From the human T2T-CHM13v2.0 reference genome, Homo sapiens: a stretch of 64,000 bases of DNA. This document shows positions 48,033 to 64,000 of the stretch, piece after piece. The notes under the pieces are model-generated. The model searched no databases, had not been told where the DNA came from, and was given only the letters and a program-made list of their open reading frames with translations. Numbering within the stretch: position 1 is the stretch's first letter; every line of letters begins with the position of its first letter. The DNA lies in NCBI RefSeq assembly GCF_009914755.1, contig NC_060941.1. One strand, 5' to 3'. The position numbers and the translations under genes were made by a program.

Positions 48033-48481
48033 CTATCTTTTTCTTTTTTCTGTAAAACCGATTTTTAAATTTCCTCTACTGGGACATGTTGCCCCTTTCA
48101 AAGACAATCCCTCCTCTCCTCCAAGATTCATCTTAAAAGCCACTTCACACTCTCCCTGAACTGCTCAAATTGAAATTTTACCCCATCTCCCAAGACTTAC
48201 GTAGAATGAGAACCAGTTGCGAAGCTTTCCCGGTCCACGGCCGCCAGATCTAGCCCCCTACCTTGGCGTTCCAACACCCTGATGGTGCCCCCCCGAGAAG
48301 CCTTTCCAGGGTTGTCCGGGAAGGACAGTCCGGCCCTTTCTCTGAATTAGTTGCTCCCTCGTGTAGAGTTCTGTCTTGCTAGCTCTGAACCCTTCATCAG
48401 GCCTTCCTGCAAAGAGTAGGTGTGCAACAGACAGTTATCAAATCCAGTTACATGGTGTTTGTCTGAAGCCATTTTCCATGT

Positions 48482-48832
48482 TGCTGTGGTCTAAATGTTG
48501 ATGTCCCCACAAAGTCCCAGGCTGGAACAGAATCCCCAAGGCAATGGTATTAACAAGAGGGGCCTTTTTCCAGCGATGAGGTCATGGAGCTGAGTGCTAA
48601 TGAGCGGGATGAGTACCCTTGTAAAAGAGGTGCGAGGGAGCCGTTTGTCCCTTCTGCCACCTGAGCAACATCGTGCCACCTTGGAAGCAGAGGCCAGGTC
48701 CTCACCAGACACTCAACCTGCTGGCGCCTGGATCTTGGACTTCCCAGACTCCAGAACGGTGAGAAATCCATTTCTGTTTAAATGACCCGGTGTCAGATAT
48801 TTTTGTTACAGCAGCAGGGGTGAACTAAGACA
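48482..48832 (+). mobile_element. MSTD-like MaLR LTR
   Basis: TGCTGTGGTCTAAATGTT...ATCTTGGACTTCCCAG...GAACTAAGACA. Confidence 0.8.
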
Positions 48833-48877
48833 CACACATTTTAGACAACTGCCTACATAACTAATAAGAATGGGCCA

Positions 48878-49045
48878 GGGGGTGGGGGGTTAGGGGAGGG
48901 ATAGCGTTAGGAGAAACACCTAATGTTGATGGCCGGTTGATGGGGGCAGCAAACCACCATGGCACGTGTATAACTATGTAACAAACCTGCATGTTCTGCA
49001 CATGTATCCCAGAACTTAAAGTACAAAAATAAAATAAAATAAAAT
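48878..49045 (+). mobile_element. Severely 5'-truncated L1PA 3' end
   Basis: GGGGAGGGATAGCGTTAGGAGAAA...CCCAGAACTTAAAGTA plus A tail; TSD AATGGGCCA. Confidence 0.93.
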
Positions 49046-49637
49046 AATGGGCCACGCAGGAGCCCCCATCCTCTGGACTCCCCGGGGCTCCCTATTTGGA
49101 CAGAGTAAAGGAAAGTCCCTTTCTCAGTTGTGGACTCTGAATAGGGAAGTCTGTCACCCTCATGGTGTGATGGGTGAGGACTTAGGAACGTGAATCCCAG
49201 CCCCAGATTTGCTGCTAACTTGTGGGCAAGACCGTGAGCAAATCACTTACCTGTGAGATGTCCCACCTCCCTATATTGAGGGACTATGGAGGACACTTAA
49301 GCCCCTTCAACCCCCTACGTTTTATAGGAGGCTCATCATATATACGAAATGCTTTATGTCTGTCTTACACTGTGGATTTTTCACTCCGATCATCTGTAAG
49401 CAGTTGGTAACTATCCCAAGGCTACCAGGATGTAGGGAGGGGAGAGAGCTCGGAGCTGGGGAGCCTCGGTGATGCTCTGAGGTGACTCCCACCCAACAGA
49501 GTCCTTTGCCTGTTTCCCAAAGTGCAGTTAACGAGAGGGCAGCAAGGAAAGCAAGTCAGAGTCCACGTTGGTCTGAATATCGCTGATGCAGGTAGAGACA
49601 AACCCCAGGGAAAAAAGACTTAAAAGTGAAAAATGGA

Positions 49638-50027
<390 letters not shown>

Positions 50028-50199
50028 TCACTGTCGCAAGATAATTTTGTATTGAAGTAAGACACCTGACCACAGACTGACTTCACTTATATCTGCACAA
50101 CTGAACCGAGCAAAAGGAAGTTCTCAAATCACCATTCAGTGCTCAACTCAGCCTGGGAAGCCAACAGCAAGCTTTCAAGGCGGGCCCTTGCTTTCTCGT

Positions 50200-50317
50200 T
50201 TGTGTGTGTGTGTGTATGTGTGTGTGTGTATGTGTGTGTATGTGTGTGTGTGTATGTGTGTGTATGTGTGTCTATGTGTGTGTATGTGTGTGTCTACGTG
50301 TGTGTGTATGTGTATGT

Positions 50318-50356
<39 letters not shown>
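50200..50356. repeat. Interrupted (TG)n microsatellite
   Basis: Direct reading. Confidence 0.98.
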
Positions 50357-50359
<3 letters not shown>

Positions 50360-50596
50360 CTTTTCTAACAGTGACGGCTGTGAGAGCGGGCTCTCCAACT
50401 CCTGCCGGTGACCTTGGACGTGACCTTCACCACACGGGGCTCAGGCTCCTCAACCACCAAATGAGGAAGGAGAACTAAGCTGTCCCAAAACCATTCTTTT
50501 TTCCATTTCTAAATCCTTTGGGTGTTCTAAATAGACACTAGGATCTCTCAAGTGATTCTGTAACACAGGAAACATTACCTCAGCAGGCCTGGTTTA

Positions 50597-50952
<356 letters not shown>

Positions 50953-51558
50953 AAAATGCCAGGCTGATGATTTCCATGTACCTTTGATAGTCCAGAAACC
51001 AGGAATTTTGTGATGTTCTGTGTTCAATTGGAGAGTTTCAGCATAAAATCTGTAACAGTGTCGAGACTTCTCACTGTGGCCTAAGAATAAAAGTAACTTT
51101 CATTCTCTCCCAGTGTTTGGGGGCTGGGGCTGAGCTACACATTGAATTTTACTACAAGTTTACTGGAAGCCAACACAAACAGAAACGCAGAAGGGTGGTA
51201 CTGGCTCTCTGAAAAAAGGAAAGTGTGTCTGTTCTGCAAGAAGGAAAAAATAGCATCTTTCCTTGGTACTAAATTTAAAACAAAATGTATTATATGAGAG
51301 ATGTTAATAATATTATTACAATCTTAGGAATAATATCTATAGTCTGAGGAATGTTGAATTATTATTCATTATCCCTTATATTATTTAATTTTGATAATCA
51401 TCATATTATATTATTAAATAACAACAGATTTTAAAGTGGTTGGAGTCCAAAGAGTATGGGTTCTCCTTTAATCAGCAACACAGAATGCTGACATACCTGA
51501 ATTTTGCCAAAAATTAGAATATCAAGTTGCCTAATTTTCAACTTCCCTCAAAAGTTTA

Positions 51559-51882
<324 letters not shown>

Positions 51883-51885
51883 TCA

Positions 51886-52186
<301 letters not shown>

Positions 52187-53476
52187 GAAAGGTCATACAA
52201 TCTTGACATCCATTTCTCCAGATGTGCCAAGCTCCCTCTGGTCAACCAGCCAGAGGATGATCCTGGACCCCTCCTGCCTCTGACTGCCAATGGCTGGAGT
52301 CTCTTGGGGCCGCCCGGGTCTGGCCTGAGGCCTAAAGCCTGGACCTTTGCACTCAGCTCTGCTCCAGCAGTGACTCACCTGCAGAGAAGCCTATGGAATT
52401 CTGGGAACGATGCGGGTGGTTGTTTCAGGATGGCCCACCTGAGCCACAAAGTCACCTCCCAACACACACACACACATACACACACACACGCACACACATC
52501 CTGTGTTACCTTGATCATCAGGAACAAGGCCAACCAATCTGGCTGGGACATTTGGTCCTTGAGGAACTGCCACCACTGCCTGAACACGATGTCATCTGTG
52601 GTCAGTGGACGATTCTTCCAGGGACAAGGAAAGACGAGGAAAATCAGAACTCACCGCTTGGGTCCCTCTGCCTCAACTGCAGCCTTGTTTGAAACTGGGC
52701 TCTTCTGCAAACATGCTATGCTTGCCTGAGCGTAATGCCCACCGGAGTGGCGGGATCAGGTATGTTCATCTCCCGGGCAGGCTGCGGGGGTCATTCCGCT
52801 CAGAGCAAGTGCCCGGTCTCCATCAGAACCCTTGGAGAGCCTCTGCAGCCATGAACAAAAAGGTACCGAGACCTGCCGTGACCATCCTATGATGATAGAC
52901 TATGAATTCTTATAAACCGAAGAATTACCAGTGCTGGAGAGCCCGCGAGCAGCCCGGCATTGCGTAAAGGGTCTGCAATGGCTCTTCCTAGCCCCCACTT
53001 TACACTTGGCAGGGTGGGGCTTGTGAGAGTCACAGAGGAGAGGGGCTGAGCGGGACTGGCTCTCAGAGCCACCTCCACTAATGGGGCTTTTCCAGTTCAC
53101 CTCTGGAGCCCAGTGGACCCTCACTGCTCCCACTGAGGCCTCCTCTCCAGCCAGCCACACAAGCTCAGATTCACCAAAGATAAAACTCAGGGAAACTCAG
53201 CTGTCCCCCTGGCTGAGACAGCGGGTCCCCCAGTAACCATTGTCCTCCTTCCCAAATGCTAGCAGGGCACACACTGCCTGACTTGTCCCCACTCCCTTGC
53301 AGCGAGGTGTGGCTGCCACGAGACTGTGTCCTGGCCAGTGCACCAGTGCAGGTGAGCACAGGGGGTGTGAATGAAGTGTCTTTTGGGAGGAGGCACATGC
53401 TTCTCCAACCTATTCCCTTTCTTTGGGATGCAGATGTGATGGTTAGAGCCAGAGCAGTTAAAGATGGTGGAGCCAG

Positions 53477-54250
53477 GCCAGGCACGGTGGCTCACACCTG
53501 TAATCTCAGCACTTTAAGAGGCTGAAGCAGGGGGATCACTTGAGGCCAGGAGTTCAAGACCAGCCGGGGCGACATAGTGAGACTCCATCTCTTCTAAAAT
53601 CATATATATGTTATATATTATATGTAATATGTGTTATATGTATGTTATATATGCAATATATGTTGTATATTGTATGTGATATGCATTATATATTATATGT
53701 AATATATGTAATATATGTGTGATATGTTATATATTATGTGTAATATATGCTATATGTTATATGTAATATGTGCATTATGTATAATATATGTAATATATGT
53801 ATGTTTTATATATAATATATATGTAATATGTTATATACGTAATATATTACATATAATATATAACATATATATGATTTTAGAAGAGATGGAGTCTTGCTAT
53901 GTTGCCCAGGCTGGTCTTGAATATGTTATATATTATATATGATATATATGTTACATATTATATATGATATATATGTTATATATTATATATATTATGTGAT
54001 ATGTGTTATATATGTGATATGTGTTACATATGTTATATACGTGATATATATGTTATATATTATATATGATATATATGTTATATATATCCAGACATGGTGG
54101 CTGGCACATGTCTGTGGTCCCGGCTACTTGGGAGGCTGAAACAGGAGGATCGCTTTAGCCAAGAGGTTGAGGCTGCAGGAGCCGTGATCATGCACCACTA
54201 CACTTCAGCCTGGGTGACAGAGAAAGACCCTGTCTCAAAAAAGAAAAAAG
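53477..54250 (+). mobile_element. AluJ split by ~490 bp of AT-rich repeat in its linker
   Basis: Left arm 53477-53600, degenerate TATATG array 53601-54087, right arm 54088-54250. Confidence 0.9.
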
Positions 54251-54640
54251 AAAAACCTAAAAGCAACAAAGTAAAAATAAAACAAAAACGAAAAAAAACT
54301 TTACAAAATACAGAAGTGATTTTTTTTTTTCCGAGGCTGCTGGAGGACAAAGGACAAGGTCAAGGAGCAGAAGAAGATTCCTGTCACACACAGACCAGCG
54401 AGAGGCACCCAGCCCCTAGCTCCCCGCAGCACGCCCGAGGGCGCCTGCGGGGCTCGATCCCGTCTTTCCTTCCTCCCTCTTCCGCAAGCTTTTCTGTCCC
54501 GGCTTCTTGCCAGTCTGCTGGGGTCTCACCCTCACCTTTCCTTTCTCCCGTCTTTAGCTCTCATTTCCTTTCCTTTTCCTTCTGCCCTCATTTCCCTTGC
54601 CCTGTCCACCATTTTTCCTTCATTTCTCTCCATCCATCTC

Positions 54641-55612
<972 letters not shown>

Positions 55613-57342
55613 CTAAATAAGGGCAACTTGGCTTTCTTCTTTTCCAAAACATCAAAATTGGGTCGTTGCTTTTTAAAGTGCGGTGCCTTGGGTTGTTCTA
55701 CTGGGATTAGCAGGCCTCTTTTTATGGGATGAGACACCATCACCCGTCTTCTCCCCAAGCCGCAGATGGAACGTCAGGAGTGCAGACTAGTGAAGGGGAA
55801 GAAAGGATGCCAGCCATCTATGAGTCTGCCTGTGTCTTATTCTCTAATATCAGACCATAGCTATTTATGGATCCACCAGGAGCCATTAACTTCTGCGTCT
55901 ACCTAGCGGTTGGAAAGTGGCCAGCGTAGCTGAACAGTAAATGAAGCTGACGGGTCAGCAGGTGTTACAGATCAGGAGACTCGACGCCGTGCCCAAGCCC
56001 TTCCCCGCTGCATCCTTCACTCATGATTCTAGGAAGGCCAAGTCCAGGGGAGGCCCTGAGATGAGCCTGTGGGAAAGCACACACTTCCTTACTAAAAGGG
56101 ACAGATGCAGATGGCACGGTCTCCATCACATCCCTTCTCCTGCCCTGAATGCAGACCCACTCCTGGGCCGCCCAGGTCATCGCACCGCCATGGTGGGCCT
56201 TCAGGAGGATGACAGCCTCTGTGGCAACGGTAGGGGCAGCTGAAACACGTGCCTCTTTGTCATAGAGAAAAACACATCTCTATCTGCCCAAACCACCACT
56301 GGTGGCCATTCAGTTATGGGCAGCCCTACGCGTTCCCGAGTGAATCATCATGGTGGGTAATACTCGTATCTCTGATGCATTTAGTGAAAACACCATTAAC
56401 AAGCCATTCAACGACGTTATCGTTGCCTCGCCACAGAAGAGGCAAGGCAGGGGATATGAAAGTGTGCAGCTTGCGGAGAAGGTGAGTGGCTGGTAGGGAA
56501 TGCTCTTTAATAGGCAGCGCCCCTGCAGGGAGGGGACTCAGAGTAACGATTCCATCCGCACCTGCAGAACTGAGAGCACCAGAAACTCCTCACCTGCGCG
56601 CATCATCCAGGCAGGTTAACAGCGGGGACCAAGGACCAGCTTTAAGGGAGTGATATCACTGAGCTTGTCCCCAAAGTTTAGTAAATACACAATGCATGCA
56701 AAGTCTGAAAAACTGCCGATAGCGTTTAACGAATGCACAGAGCCCCACTCCGTGAACCACTGTCATATTTTAGACAATCCAGGCGAGTCAGCCCTGGCCA
56801 GCCCTGCTCTTCTCTGCAGTGTTTATCAGGGAGTGTATCAATGTCGGGAAAACTTCCTAAGGAAGTTCACCCCCAGAAGAACAGCTTAGGTCATGATTAT
56901 CCTGCTGAGGTCAGCAGCACATGGTTGTCCGACTCCTGGGAGAAAAGAGGATGTGAAACCCTCGGAAGGGTGAAGGGTGCGGCAGGCGGGACTCATCCGG
57001 GGAGGTGTGGCCAGGAGGATGTTCTGACGGGAAACGGCGTCATCGGAAAGCCCCTCCCCAGCTGCTCCTCAGTTGCAGGGAGGAAAAAGAAACAGCGATT
57101 CTGCAGTGGAGAAGTTGGGCACACCTTCATCGGTGGTGGACAGTGATGTCCCTAGCGAAGGGTGGTGGGACCTGGAGGGCCCTAGAGGGGACGCTCAGAG
57201 TTGGGCCAGCACCCCCAGCATGGGGTCCCGGCCAAAGAGTCAAAACCTCTGTCTACTCGTGGGGAAACACAGGACAAACCCCAAATGAAGGGCCATCCAT
57301 TATCAAAGGAGGGGAGTATTCTTTAAAAAGAAAGGCTGTCGG

Positions 57343-57793
<451 letters not shown>

Positions 57794-57808
57794 TCAAACA
57801 GCAGATCT

Positions 57809-58110
57809 GGCCAGGCACGGTGGCTCAAGCCTATAATTCCAGCACTTTGGGAGGCCAAGGTAGGTGGATCGACCTGAGGTCAGGAGTTAGAGACCAGCCT
57901 GGCCGACATGACGAAACCCCATCTCTACTAAAATTACAAAAAAAATTAGCCAGGCCTGGTGGCTGGTGCCCATAATCCCAGACACTCAGGAGGCTGAGGC
58001 AGGAGAACTGCTGGAACCCAGGAGGCGGAGGTTGCAGTGAGCTGAAACTGTACCACTTCACTCCAGCCTAGGCGACAGAGTGGGACTCTGTCTAAAAAAA
58101 AAACAAAAAC
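57809..58110 (+). mobile_element. Alu (AluS)
   Basis: Full Alu. Confidence 0.94.
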
Positions 58111-59615
58111 CGATCAGACGGAAGTATTGTGTCCATGTTCAATCTGCTGACATTGATGACTGTACAGTGGTTACATAAGGGAATATCCCTTTTCTTAGGA
58201 AATATGCCCAAAACTGTTAGGGCCAAAGGTCTGAGGTACGTAAGCAACTTTTCAAATGCTTCAGAGCAAGAGAGGACGCACACACAAACGATAAAGCGAA
58301 TGGGGCAAAATGTTAACAAGCAAATCCAGACATAGAAGTGTTCTTTACACTATACATATATTTCTTCCAACTTTATTTTAAATGCCTTGAAAGGCAAGAC
58401 CTTTATCTATGTGTGTGAACATGCATGGATGTGTGTTGGGGAAGGGGAGGGAGGAAAACAAAGACCATAGAGAGGAGAGAGAGGCAGGGTGGGTGCAGAG
58501 GTGGGAGGAGGAGAGGGCTGAGAAGCAGTGATCAAACGGGAAGAACAAGGCCCCGAGAGCTGACTTTGCCAGCACCTGCTGGGGGCAGTTTCATCCTTAT
58601 TACCGCAGTGCTTTCCCCCTTCTGCCTTAAAGCTTTTACGTCTGGGTTTTCCAAGCCACCTCGATGGTGAAGGAGGCTCCGGAGGGCAGGGAGGGGGTCA
58701 TTGCAGTTTCTCTTTCTGATGTAGAACAAGCCGTGGGCAGAGAGCCCAGGAGCTACATGGTGGGCACACAGATAATCAGGTAATGCCACCAAATGCGAGA
58801 GTCCACCAGGGATTCTGAAAAGTACAAAGAAAGGGTAAATTGCTGCTTTTTCAGAAATACACCCTACCCGCTCACTCTGCCCAGGGAAATGTAACATCAA
58901 GATGCAGAGGGATGGGCCAGAGGAGGGACAATTCCAGGGAGAGCCCCTGTCCCTATTCCCAGTGCCTGTCAACTGCCCACACTTTGTTCCCAACTGGCCC
59001 TTGCTGCTGTCACCGTGGAGCTGTGGAGTCAGAAGGAAGCCGGGCAAGGATGCAGACTGACATTAAGTTTTTTGTGACTGAGCTCTGAAGAGCATCTTAG
59101 CATCTGACCATTCCAGTGTGGAGCAGGGTTGACATGATAAGGAGTAAGAGAAAGATGGCCCGGACTGCAGCAAGGCCGAGGCTGAACACAGAATCACAGA
59201 GGCTCCAAGGCTGAGGTCAGTTCAGTTGGAAGGCAGATGCCCAGGGGCAGCCCCAGAAGATGCAAGAACACAGGCCTGCCAGGGCCACTGAGAGAAAGGT
59301 TTCTGGCCCAAAGACCTGCTTCCTGCCCACACCAGCTGTGGCAGCTGCTCTTCCAAGCGCTCTTTCTGCACAAGCCCCTCGAACAGCAAACAGCATCACT
59401 CGGAACCCTGTCCAAGAAATGCGGATTCATCATAATTGGTCAACCACAGCCACACTCTGGCAAGGGGCTCCAACCGATTTTCAAAGTGTTTTTCCCTAAA
59501 TGGTTACTTGGATCAGATAACAGCTAGCTGGGAAGAAAACCCCCAGTCCCCATATATGCTCCCAGACATAGCTTAGAAATGTGACCTCCATCTCTTATTT
59601 TTATTTTCTTATTTG

Positions 59616-60309
<694 letters not shown>

Positions 60310-60314
60310 ATTTG

Positions 60315-60460
60315 TACATTGTCCTTCTCTCCCGTTCTAGTCTATACGCTCCATGAGGGGAGGGATTTTATTTTATTCACGGCTTTGCTGCCATTCTTAG
60401 AACAATGCCTGATACCTAGAAGGCACTTAATAAATATTTGTGGAAGAAAGGAAGAAATGA
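60315..60460 (+). mobile_element. L2 3' end
   Basis: CTCCATGAGGGGAGGGAT...TAGAACAATGCCTG...CACTTAATAAATATTTGTGGA. Confidence 0.75.
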
Positions 60461-61599
60461 CTTAACTTGGGAAATTAGGTTAATCATGATGTCATTGACA
60501 GACGAGGAGAAATTATTTTCAGGGAGATAGTGGAATTCCTTCTGGTCGTCAAGTCTTAAATGACAGAAGAATTTCTTAAATTCTCTTTACACACAGTGTG
60601 AAAAAACAACTATTGGTTGACGGAGAAGAAAGAGAGCTCTGGGAGGGACCCAACATCAGCAGGACTCTTTTTTTTTTTTTTCCTTCTCAGATCTGGCTTT
60701 GCAAAAAGTCACCAAAGTTAAAATGCACTAGTTCTTCAATCAAGTTTCCCTATATTTTACTACATGTTTATCTTCTTTTCTTGTTCCAGACAGGCAAGAA
60801 CACCTTCACAGACTGCAAAGACATAAGATTTCTTTCAAGAGACATTTATGCAGGTGATAAACATAATTAAGCTGGTCATATATTTAGTTTGAGATTTTAC
60901 TTCTCAGTTTGAGGTAGCAAGGGGCCCCCCTGGACTCACACGCCTTAGACCCCGTCTTCATTCTCAAGGTTTCTCCTGGAGGAAATGGGTTCCAGGAGGG
61001 GAGCTCCAGTGAGGGCGCCCCAGAGTCCAAGGCAGTTCAGATGCGCAGGCCCTGCCTTGGGGTCCTCCTCAATGCATTGCAGCCAATGACGGGAAAAAGG
61101 ACTCTGCCCTGAGCCCTTCTGTGCAGGGAGGAGGCTCTCTGGGCTGCTGGTCAGCTGGAAACGGGAGGTCTTGCAGTAGAGTTTTCCCCCTGAGCATGGG
61201 GAGGAGTCCTGGTATTTGGGGGGAAAACAGGACTTCCAAATTAGAGCTCCCTAAATATTTCCCCACAAATGATCCTTTGGGAAATCACCTGACACTTCAG
61301 AGGAGCTTGTCCCTCTGATGCCACTTCTCTATTTACCGGAGACAAACATTCCTGCTTTCAAGGCTATTGACAGTGGCCACGTCGGATCTGTCCCGGAGTT
61401 CTGCTTCCAAGGCTGATGGTGTGTGTTAAGGTCGTGGGGTGGATGCAGCAGTCAACTGTGCATTCATTCAACAAACACCCAGCCTGATGCGTGCCAGGCA
61501 CTGGGAGTGCCCTGGAGGTAAGAAGCACCTCTCATTAATTTATTCTTGTTCTTCCAAGGAAGCACTGGAAGCACAGGGGGCTCGAGCCCATGCTCCCTG

Positions 61600-63340
<1,741 letters not shown>

Positions 63341-64000
63341 CATATAATCTGCATGAAAGTCCTTGTCTGCCAGTCTTTACATCGGGTCATCTTGGGCTCT
63401 GTTTTTACTTGCTATTTTTTCTTGATTATGAGTTGCATTTTTGTGTTTCTGCACATCTAGTTATTTTGTATTATATATTGGAAAGTATGGATAATATAGT
63501 GTAGCCAATCTGAATTAGATTGTCCTCCTTTACAGAGTTGTGAGAGTTGTCTGGCAGGTAGTTTGATGACTGGAAGGCTCTTTGGTCCCATCTGGTTTGC
63601 TTTATTCTTGGCTAGGGCAGGGCTATTTTGGTCTTGAACATAGTCCTAGGAAATAGTTCCTCTAAGACTGGACCTTTCTGGGGTCACACCTGAATGCGAG
63701 GTCTCTTCATCCTGGCTGGGCTGAAGCACCTCTTCTTCCCCAGTACATCAAGACCTCCAGTATCACGTTTGGCCCTCAGCCCTGGAACAGGCAATCTCTG
63801 CTGGGCCTCATGGAGTCTTGCCCTACCCCATACAGCTCAGCTCTTGAACAAAGACCTGTGATGAGTGTTGCTGTGGACTTCTAGAGCTACCCGTTTTTCT
63901 CTGGGATTCTCATTTGTAAACTTCAGCCACTTTGACAGCCCAGCACTCTGGCCTCTTCCATCTTAGCTCAGCGATTGCACCACTCCGCTCGGTCTCTTCC

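Overview
Primate (almost certainly human) GC-rich, Alu-dense non-coding DNA. I can support no protein-coding exon, RNA gene or locus name; the ORFs I can assign are translations of Alu, L1, LTR or simple repeats, and the rest are unrecognised. The window holds about 50 Alu/FLAM copies, several L1 3' fragments, MIR/L2 relics, DNA transposons (MER5A, MER58A, MER96B-like, MER2, MER1A) and solo LTRs (MER34 > MER4 > MER4 nest, LTR8, THE1, MST, MLT1/2, MER50, MER74, LTR33). Repeat family names come from my recall of consensus sequences, not from a RepeatMasker run, and boundaries are approximate. Three observations go beyond repeat annotation. (1) There are at least six locally templated copy events of 33-385 bp, direct or inverted, with donors 0.2-1.5 kb away, including a nested fold-back at 15.8-17.7 kb. 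(2) A MER34-type LTR is strongly C-depleted, consistent with APOBEC3 hyperediting. (3) A compact AP-1/ETS-IRF/kB/RUNX motif cluster sits beside a CpG-rich patch at about 2.9-3.2 kb. There is also a ~700-bp near-pure polypurine tract at 42.1-42.8 kb.
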